From Paragordius varius (taxonomy: Eukaryota > Animalia > Nematomorpha): 64,000 bases of DNA. Both the position numbers and the translations under genes were made by a program. Shown here piece after piece: positions 53,639-64,000 of this stretch. Position 1 is the stretch's first letter. Each line of letters starts with the position of its first letter. The stretch is from positions 2,232,001-2,296,000 of the forward strand of contig OZ176057.1 in the NCBI GenBank assembly GCA_964247055.1, written 5' to 3'. The notes beneath the pieces were generated by a model. It saw only the letters and a list, made by a program, of their open reading frames with translations. It was not told the origin of the DNA and searched no databases.

Positions 53639-53929
53639 AATGGTACAAAAAAATGTTTACTATCCTATCCAGCCTTACATGAGAAATGGCATGGCTATTA
53701 AAACTCTAAGAAACAACACCTTGGAAAGCATATGGAATAAAACTATTTTACAGGATAATCATTCGAATCAAGTAAAGTATGGTCCGAATGATAGCCAAAA
53801 TGTAAATAAACCAAAAAACTTTATAGTAAAATCCATAGGATCTATAGATTTTAGCCATAGATCACATACGTACATGTGTTACGATTGGAAGGATGAAAAA
53901 ATTTTAACCATTGGATGGTATAGAAAACC
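53639..53929 (+). CDS. Putative GPCR ectodomain exon 5
   Basis: 97-aa ORF; sequons NNT, NKT, NHS, NDS; CC|GTAAAG phase 2 joins the cAG|A acceptor at 58916. Confidence 0.52.
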
Positions 53930-54011
53930 GTAAAGAAAAATAAAATATTTGGGTTATATTGTGCAATCTAAGAATAAATTATATGTCAGCAATATGATAT
54001 CCCTTTTTTTA

Positions 54012-54210
54012 CAGTATGACTAGGTATACATTGCTAGAAAGTTATTAATTATTGTCAAATAGTAAATACAACAAAGGGCAGTATTAGTGGCTTATAGTTA
54101 TTTTTTCACTTTTTACTATTAATATAAGTCAATAATAATACTGACCTTTGTTGTATTTATTATTTGAAAATAGTTAATAACTTTCTAGCAATGTATACTT
54201 ACTCATACTG
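54012..54210. repeat. Hairpin MITE, ~73-bp inverted arms
   Basis: cagtatga..gtatacattgctagaaagttatt / aataactttctagcaatgtatac..tcatactg. Confidence 0.75.
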
Positions 54211-54791
54211 ATCGCAAAAGTTGATTTGGATTAAATATATTTATCTTGTTTTCAGAGTGGCGCCCCATATAATACCGATAAATTACAGCTGTTTTACACA
54301 GTGCAGATACGTAGACTAAAAAAGTATATTAAAAAATATATTATCAGGGCCATAAACAAGCATTTTTAAGGCTGTATTCACATGAACCGTCGTTTGAGTA
54401 GGTCAGCCCTAAAATACATGTAAAAACTATAATTTTTCAATAGCTATATGGTGCCAGTTTAGTTTAAAACGCAATATTAATAATATATAAACCATATTCC
54501 AATCAAAAAAAATTTTTTCCCGTCTATTGAAACGTTTTCCCATCCAATTGAAACATTTTCCACTCAATCGAAACGGTTTTATTATAATCAAGATACTATA
54601 AAAGAACTTTAAAAAATTACGAGCACACCTTAATAAGGATATTATTTTTTGAAAAACACATTTATTGAATGACAATTTTTTTATTATATGCCAATACAGA
54701 TTTATAAATCACTTATATAAAACAAGACTGTCCAACACAAATGGCTTCGCGGGCCGCATTTTCTCATAAAACTAGCGGGCGGTACTTATAT

Positions 54792-54822
<31 letters not shown>

Positions 54823-55917
54823 GTGTGTGTGGATATTCATAAATAATATATTTTGAAACGTAAGACTGTAAAATGTCGACACAATATAGCAATATTTCAA
54901 GTTTTTGTCAATTGGTAGTTTTATTTGGGAAAATTGTTTAAGAAATATAATTTTACTAAAGTTTTGCCATTTCGAGGGCCACACATAAAGTCTCGGAGAG
55001 CAGCATGCGGCCTGTAAGTCGCGTGTAGACCACCTCTGCTTTAAATACTTTAACAATTTACCTCAATGGTTCGCATTAATATTCGGGCCTAACCTATAAA
55101 TATCTATAGTTTCAGATGAAAATATAAAATTTAAAAAATATACCATTTGAATCTCAAGCGGGTCATTTAACACTTCAAATTTAGCCTTAAACATTTGAAA
55201 CTTGCATAATGTATTTAACTTAAAGTCAAATATCTTTTTCGTTCAAAATCAAACATTTTCATCTATAAAATATTTTTTGTTTAGAAATATTTTTTCAAAC
55301 AGTATAATCAAGGACAACCTTGAAAGGTTTAAAAACCAATATCTGTTAAATAATTAACTTTCATACTACTACCAACAATATCCTAATAATCGTATTATTG
55401 GGTATTGTTTACGTTATAATATTATTGTATCAATTAAAATGGAAAAATAAAGCTATGAAAATGCATATACCCAATAAAACTCCTATATCATGACATTTTT
55501 AATCCTGCTAGGGCTCCGTTAAGCCCCATCATGCATGTACACCTTTACATAGAAACCGATTAAGTTTCTTTCTACATTATTTTTAGGAAGGCGCTAAGGA
55601 CTCCTTATTAAATTAGATAGAAATATGAAAAAATACCCAAATTGTGTTTAAAACCAATTTTTCGGAAAACATGTAATCTATGACTGATTATTTTATTACC
55701 TTTTAACAATATTACGGAGTTTTATTTAATATTGGATGAGATGAAGGTTAAAACATCGAATTTTTGAGAAACCCTTAGTAAATAAACAGTAGAGCGTATT
55801 AGTTATTATTGAATACTTGTCGATTACATGTTAATAGCTAGTTGGCATATGTCGTTTGCTAGGTATGATTTATTTACGCAATATATAGATTTATTTTATT
55901 ATTCTTATTATCAATTT

Positions 55918-57825
55918 CAGTGGCGTACCGATGGGGGGGGGGGGGGGGGGGGGCAAGGGGGTGCATCATGCCCTGGGCGCCGTTATTTGGGGGCGCCTAA
56001 ATGATTTTTTTAAATAAATTGATATTATACAAAAATAATAGCAGTTTTTCGGGGCCATAAAATTATCGATAACCCTGATAAAAAAATTCTTAGGTGTTAG
56101 AACAATTTTGTTTTTCAGCAATTTACGTAATAAACCCTAAAATAATATAAAAATTATATAAATGAGATCAGGAGCAAACATTATGCAAAAAGCAACTTTC
56201 ATGTAGGTATTCCCTTCAACATAAGCAAACTTTTTTTTCTCTTAAAAAACTATCACGCACAATTTTTTTAACTTTTCTCTCTGTTCAAAACCTTATCTCT
56301 TATTATAATTTATTATTGCATTTTTATTTTAATCATATTCAATTTAAAAACCCAATTTTATTTATTCAAATCCCCAAGATTATTCCATCTCTAACAAGGT
56401 AGGCTTTTAAAATAATATTCTATTTTTTATAATTACTTTAATTTTCATCAGATATCAATGTCTAAACTCAGCGATAAACGCAAAATCCAGGAAGAGAATA
56501 AAACAAATAAAATATACGTATGAGTGTGAAATCCTATTTAACGAAAATATCTGACCATAACATTAAAATAAGTTTATGCGACACAAACATAACGGTTCCC
56601 CTTAATTATAATAACTTAATACACCTGAAACCCTATTGATTTAATAAAGAACGGTGAGAAAGCTAAAAATATGCCATTAGTAATTCTAAGCGCTATACCT
56701 ATAGAGTTTACTAATGTCGCCTTTTTAAAATTTATTAGATAATGTTCCCTATCAACTTTTAACAGAAATGATTTTTCGTAGATCTCAAGGGTTTCAAAAC
56801 ATATGCAATCTCTTTGGAACAAAAAATCATCGTCCAATGCCCCAATCTTGTTTTTTTCGACGTATCGGTAAAAAGGAGCATTTGAAGTTGAATTCATTGA
56901 AGAACAGATCTGCGTATTGTTATTGTTGCCCACTTTTTGATCAATCTAATTCTTTACCATCATCTTTTATAACTACGCATGGTTTTAATGGAGGAATAAA
57001 AATAAATTGATCCATCATGAAAATAGTCCCATTCATTGGAAAGCATTACTATTTGGAAAGAGGCAGGATAAAGATTGATAAATAAAACAGAAATTGATTT
57101 TAGATGCTCACATAATCGGGAAAGGATCGATGGCGATATATTTTACATCGAATATTGGCCTGCATGAAATTTCAAATCACCCAAAATCTCGCTTTTCGAG
57201 GACATGTTGAATAATAAATGTATCTAGTTGACTCAGCACCAAGGAAACCTCTTAGCTTTACTAAAACTTGTAGCTAAGTTTGAAAAAATATTGAAATAAC
57301 AATAACAATAATGATTTACAAAATAATTGTAAATCAATAGGCGAATTTACAATAGAGTTTTTACTGAAACATATCTTTTTATAGAAATATGTGAATGTAG
57401 AATGTTACTCCTAAGTCAAAAAGATGTGGAACTAAAAGTCCGTTAGAACTCTTATCCTTTTTAATTTCATACGGCTAAGCTGTGTTTCCTAATTTAAGGG
57501 TTGTACTTCAAATACTTTTATTTCAACGTCAGTAGCTAGTTGTGAAAGGTCATTCAGCAAATAGAAATTAATTTTAACATATATCGAATTTTTACATATA
57601 AATTTCCGTATAATAGAATTTATTTGAATACTTACATTTATGAATTTAATATAAATAAATTTAGTTTCGCATATTTTTATATATATATTTTAGATATCAA
57701 AAATTTATATGGCTTTGCTGTCATATCTATGGTTAGGTTGAAATATTTTATTTGCTTTCAAAAAGAGGAGGGGGGCTCCTAAGAGTTGTGTGCCCCGGGC
57801 GCCTTTTTTTCATGCTAGTTAGCTT
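55918..57825 (+). mobile_element. Decayed hAT (ZMYM1/Tip100-like) transposon
   Basis: cagtggcgtacc terminus with poly-G; TTF-type Zn-finger remnants (NGEK..., AYCYCCPLF...HENSPIH) and NLAFRGH(V)E motif; gccccgggcgcc subterminal motif. Confidence 0.72.
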
Positions 57826-58915
57826 AATTTTAATTTTTATAATTGAATGCAATCCTAGGGATGTTCACTTCAAACCAGTCATATTAACGAACCATGTAAA
57901 ATTTTATAAAACTTAAATTGACTATTTAACAAATGTCTAACACTTCACGAAGTAAGGGACGACCATAAGCCTGTTCAAAACATATATTTCATAAAAATAT
58001 GAACATAAAAAACCATTTTAAAATATGTGAATTATATATCACCGATGCACCTAAATATACATAAATATTGATCCAAAATGATTCAATATTACTCATTTGG
58101 ATATATCTCAATGCAAAGAATTTGGATAAACTTAATGCGCTTTATAAAAAAAATGTGTTGTTATTAATTTTAAATGTTATCCTAATAAAGAAAGCCGAAA
58201 AATTTAAGATAATACGACTATTCACTAAAAATTGGTTAGACAAATGGCGCCGAATTTATTTGATATGGAACTTTTTCTCAAAATCAAATTTTCTATATAA
58301 ATTTTGGCTTATATAAGGTATTATCACACCAAAAGGAAAAAATAAACAGGGGACCACTCAAGTTTTTTGGTTTTTAAATACTATCAATTTTTCGACCTGG
58401 GGTATTCAATGACCTTAACTTGTATCGAAGTGTTGAGTAATGAGATTAAACCTATTCCATATTTTTACCGATATTATTGTTTATAGTGAGCAGTTTCAAC
58501 AATTATTATCTGAAAAACAATTAAAACTTTTCATTTAATCATTTTCAGCTTGCATATTGGATAAAAAAATCAAAAGTAATAAATATTATAAATAAATTTT
58601 AAACTAGAATAAGTCTAAAAAGGATCATGGTGCTGGAGATATGAATTTAAAATATGGAAATATTTTTTTAATCTATTATTTATATCTACCAAATGAGGTT
58701 TGGTATAAGAAATCATAAAATATTAATTGATAAAAATATTTTGATAAATATAAATCATATTCTAAATTATATCATAAATATAATTAATATATATTAATAT
58801 GGTTGATCCCGCTATCATTTTGTGCATTAATCAATAAAAAAGTATTTTTTTAACTGATTAGCACTCAATTATATAAGGATTATTTTAACATATAAATTTT
58901 TTTATTAATTATCAG

Positions 58916-59169
58916 AGAGTATCTTTTTTTTAGTGCAAAAATGTTTAATGTCCAAATATTTATTATAATAATTTCAATTCTATTAGTGATTGGATTCATT
59001 TTAAATTGCACAATTTTGATCGTTTATGCCAGAAGGAGAAATCAAAAGTTTTTTTCAACCAAAACATACATATACCTCAAAAATTTATCCTTAATAATGC
59101 TTTTCACGGGCTCTTGCGTTATCCCACAAAAGGTGCATGAATTATCCCATATTAGCGATTATTATAAAG
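58916..59169 (+). CDS. Class A GPCR exon, TM1-TM2
   Basis: IFIIIISILLVIGFILNCTILIVY (N1.50), KNLSLIMLFTGSCVIP; donor G|GTAAAA phase 1. Confidence 0.78.
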
Positions 59170-60450
59170 GTAAAATTAATTCTTTCCAAGTTAAAGGGCC
59201 TAAAGTGCCCAAATATCTATAAATCTACAATTATAAACTATGGCAGGGGGCCGTAAGTTTAAGTTTTTATATAATTAAATTTCAAACTCGAAAGAGTCCT
59301 AAATAATTTTTGTTGTGGTAGTTTTAGCTGTTAGATCTCTACCTTGTTGAATTAAAATGTTAAACTTTGATTACCATGAGTCCTCATTATTCCAACATTG
59401 ACAGCCTTGGACAGGTTACTGTCATAACTTTCCTGGGTTTTTAATAGACATTAATAAGACCTTACCTTTTTATAAAAAGAAAAAAAGTGTTATTAAACTA
59501 TAATATATTATATATATGTATGTATATATATATAGCAATTCATGAACACTTCAAATTTTTAAACGTTTTACGATTTGGCTTAACCATAAATTTTACATTT
59601 ATTTGTTTATTTTATTATTTTTTAAACTTGATATTTTCAAAATTAAAAGTTTTAGATGTAAAACCATGTAATTTACATCATTAAGAGTGCCAAAGACTGA
59701 ATTTTCGAATGGTTATTAGTCAATTAAATCGATTTAAAATAGAAGTTAATTGTCTTCATATAGTCAAAATTTTCAACCCATAAATAAGTAAAAAAACTTG
59801 CACATACAAACCAATTTAAAAATAATATAAATTTATAATGATTAGGGTTACATTAGTAAAAAGTTAAATAAGATCTTTGAGAAAGTTTTTAATTTGCTTT
59901 TTGGAATAAAATTATTGTGAATATTAAAATGCATTTTATAACCGTAAAATAATTCCATAATTGATATAAAAGGTCGAGAATATTTTAAATTATATTTCTA
60001 GCCTTTGAAAATTTGATATAGCACTGCAAATAAAATAATTAATATTGATGATGGTAAGTTTTTTTAAATACAAAAAATTAAAAATGGCTGTTTATGATAT
60101 AAAAACATAAATATTTTTTAATCAAAAAAACCTCTGTTATGTTTTTTATATTAATTACACGAAGTTTGAGCTATTTTCATCCAATCATTATATAAATATT
60201 TAAATTGGAAAAAAAACGCTCCTGTTTCACGAGTTTGCCGCTTCCTATAAAATTAACTATTGATGTAAATATATTATGCATTTTATAGGTTTTTCACTCT
60301 TACGAATGATATATTGTGGGTATTTGTTATATATTTTCAAAGAAAACTATTTTAAATTTTCAAGTACAAACTTGAATTTATTAAGGATATTTTTGAAGTG
60401 TAATTGATATATATCTTTTATGAATAAATCAAATATCTTTAAATTTATAG

Positions 60451-61691
60451 GCACGTTTTTTTGCATAACGACTAACATGTTGCCAACTTTTTGCGTAATT
60501 GTTCAAATAATGTTTTTGTGGATCATATCTATGGAACGGTATATAATAACAATAAATCAGAGTTTAGCTAATACTGGCATTGTTGAAAGAAAACAGCGTT
60601 TTCCCAATATTATGTCACTTAATAAATTTAAAAATCAAATCTCTCGTTTTGGAAATTCCGTCGGGCCTTCAGTGATTCCCACAAGAACTTCCTCGATAAT
60701 AAAATGCTTCAAAGAATATTTACTTCGTGTTTATACATTATTTATGCCCAAAACTGATCATGGTACCCAAATATTTTGCATATGTGTCTGGATATATGCT
60801 ATACTCTTAATCATACCATATTATTTTTTATACAACATAATTTACATATATATCATATTTCCAGCTAACCCCTTTCTTAAACTTACGGCCCAACTATTGC
60901 AAGAACAACAAGTTGGGGTAAATTGTATGACATTTTTTCCGTCACCCATTAATTTGACAGATTCTGATATTATGGCACTTCAAATGCCAGACATATTTGT
61001 TAATGAAACTTTTCGGGGTACGAATAAAATTACCTTGAGCATTGAGCAAATTTTGTATGATAGGGTGGAATACTTGAGTCAAATATGGAATTCGAATAAA
61101 AATATCAACCCATCCCTACAACACTTTAAGGTTTGTCGTTCGTTTGTAACACAAAACCTTTATGAAATGGTTCAGGGCATATATCCGACATATATTTATG
61201 TGTTTCAACCACTTAAACGTGTCACGTTTGGTCGATTCGGCATGAATGAGGATAGTAATCCAATGTATATCCGACATCGAAAATTCCATGATCAATATTA
61301 CAACCCTATCAATAAAACGAGTGATCCGCTCTTACATAGAGACAAGGAAAGTGATTTATTTGTTCCTCCTTTTGGGCGGGTTCCCTTCCAAAATTCCATG
61401 CCATTTAATTTGGAGGACAGTCTCAGTGAATTTGTAAACGACACCTTACAAACTTATAGATATTTGGTTAGTATTGAATGCGGTGTTTCAGTATCAAATA
61501 AAATTATTCGGACCTATTCTACAATAATGCTAATAATGACTTTTGTTTTACCAACCCTTTCTATGATTATCAATTATATGTTTATTTCGCATCACATATC
61601 AACCGATATAAAAGAAGCCATACCTCCTTTTCAACAAACACGGCCCAAGTTATGGAAACGGATTTTATTGTGGTTGGTTCTGACATTTAAA
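60451..61691 (+). CDS. Class A GPCR exon, TM3-TM5
   Basis: GTFFC...LWIISMERY, CVWIYAILLIIPY, IMTFVLPTLSMIINY; donor AAA|GTACAA tentative. Confidence 0.85.
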
Positions 61692-62163
61692 GTACAAAAA
61701 ATAGCTAATCATTTTCTATGTTTTTTTATATTTTATACACTTCCTTATGAGCCAAGAAGTTTTTTAATAATTCTAAAATCTATAATATTTTTTTCAGTAA
61801 TATATATACAGTTAAGTGTGTTTATTATATATAATTTTCATCAAATCAGAATGCTAAAATTAATGCCACCTTGTAAGTTTTGATTGTTAATCTAATTTGT
61901 TTAACTAATCATAAATTGTTTGTTTTTATGTACGATTTAAATCAAAATTTGGCTGTAAAATGTTTGACAAGAAAATTTTTTAAAACATCATTATAAATAT
62001 TTATCTATGAAAGGTCTAAAAATCTGATAAAATTTTGTAAACGAAACAGCTTTGAAGCATTCAGTTAGCGGAAATAAATATATTATAAAAATTTTCTAGT
62101 CATTTATGATACCCGTGCTTTTAATACAATTCCAAAATAACACATAGATTTTTATATCCGCAG

Positions 62164-62436
62164 AAAATATATGGAAAGATATGTATTGATGGACCCCAAA
62201 ATATTATTGTTAACATTTCACATACCCCAATTGATAACAAAATACATAGCATGCATGATAACGAACAAGTGATTTCTGGAATCACCACAATTGGTCAACT
62301 AAGTAATGTTAGATCTTTGGCTACAAAAAAACAGGTTTCCGACGAAAAGATAAGAAATGTTATTCGCTCCTTAATTATAACAACTGTGTTTCACATTTGT
62401 GTGTGGGTCCCTCTATATGCTGTTTTCATGACTGAA
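62164..62436 (+). CDS. Class A GPCR exon, ICL3-TM6
   Basis: cgcAG acceptor phase 0; KIRNVIRSLIITTVFHICVWVPLYAVF (CWxP-like); donor GTATCG. Confidence 0.78.
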
Positions 62437-64000
62437 GTATCGTTACCAATTCATTTCTTATAAAAACTATAGTTAGATATATCAGTATATTAGAAAATAC
62501 TCTACCATTTTAAACGTTGCAGAGATATATTAGATTTAAGCATCTATAATATCCTGCTTTTTATAAAAATATCGAATGACTTCAGCCAAAGGTTTGTAAA
62601 TCTAATCCAAAAAATGTTTCTGAAAAATATTTATATTTTATTGTATCTAAAAACGGACAACGTTATAAATGTGATTTAAAATTGGAGTTAGATTGCATTA
62701 AAAAGATGGTTTAACTTAACATGCGCTCCTTTATAAAAACGGGATAGGTTTTTGTGGTCCCAAGACTACTTTTTAAAATACATACAATATTATTAATGGT
62801 TGATGACCATATAAATATTCAGAAAAAATATGTTTAAAGTCACATGATGGGACGTGACAATAAAAAGTTATAAAAGATAAAAAGACATAATATGAATAAG
62901 GTTTAACAGCATATCATATATAAATATATGTAAGATCTCATATATAATTTGCCATATTTTTTATATGATTCATTTAGAAAATCAAGTATACTCGGGGAGC
63001 ATTTCAACGATCAAACATTCTAACCGATCAAATGTTTTTATTCTTTTCCACTATTGCGTTATTATATAACTTTTTTATATATCTTTACTTTGATACAGTA
63101 TTCCGCCGACAATTACTTAATTTAGTGCACTTTGTCTAGGTGGTAAATTTTTTATACATTTTTAAAATTATCCTTATTAATGTTGTTGTCTTATTATTTA
63201 TATACTCATGTATTTTTATATGTACATCGAATTATGTTACTATCCTTCCATTTTCAAAATGTGAAAATTATTAATTTTATATGTAACATAAATTTGTTAT
63301 CCGTGTGTCAAAATTCAATAAAGTATTTTATAATGGGTCGGCTGAAAAAAGTTACGAAAGTCGCTTGTTTAAGCTAATAAGGTTACGGTTAGAAATTTTG
63401 TGCAAAATCGTAAATAAATTACATAAATTTATCTTATATTTTTTATGGTTCCACGAAAGATATTATAAATGTATATATTCTGATGAAAAATGTATCATAG
63501 TGCTTTTGGTTTTAAGCCTTATGCACGTTATAAATATAGAATTTTTGTAATAATTGCTCAATATCAGTAAAAATTTGTGCACCTTTTGTTTAATAAGTTT
63601 TGTGATTGGGCGATATAAGTTTTATGTATGTGCTTAAATGTAATAACAAAAAAATGTTTTTTTAAAAATCGATAATTTGTTAAAAAATTATTAGCGAATT
63701 GGAAGGATTTATTTATAAAGCATAAAAAAATCTGAAATTTCCTACATTTCAATGATGCTAACGTATTATTAAAATTAATTTAGAAGACTAACGTATTATT
63801 AAAAAATTTATGCATTTTTTTAAACCTATTCTATGCATATGTTAATTTTATTTATCAATCCTCTACATTTTTGCGTTTATTAAATGAGAACTACCCAATT
63901 TAGAAAGACAAAAAATCTGCGACTTTATAATCCAATCTAGTAAATAAATATATTTTCTTTTTAATATCATATATCATCTATTTTTTTGTCAAGAGCATAT

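Noticed and set aside
62460-63990. GPCR TM7 (NPxxY) exon
   Set aside because: No convincing candidate found; probably beyond the window.

Overview
Very AT-rich, transposon-dense eukaryotic (probably invertebrate animal) DNA with GT-AG introns; organism not determinable from sequence. By manual splice-phase tracing it holds two head-to-head multi-exon genes. (1) Minus strand, ~37098->4957: a serine beta-lactamase-like/EstA-type hydrolase (SxxK = S-I-A-K, GYH, FGxPG motifs; 9 small exons). It splices in frame into five large exons encoding a ~3,060-aa His/Tyr-rich, almost Cys-free helical tail with ~18 copies of an unfamiliar repeat; predicted total ~3,500 aa. The tail includes three ~95-98% identical phase-1/phase-1 exon modules separated by unrelated introns. 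(2) Plus strand, ~42872->62436+: a divergent class A GPCR with a possible ~520-aa N-glycosylated ectodomain, long ICL2 and ~230-aa ECL2; TM7 not located. The rest is TEs: a dead Ty3/Gypsy, three non-autonomous Helitrons with internal satellite-like arrays, hAT (one with a perfect 8-bp TSD), mariner and LINE remnants, and many MITEs, four families of which share a TACCATTT terminus. All gene models are manual and need RNA-seq confirmation.
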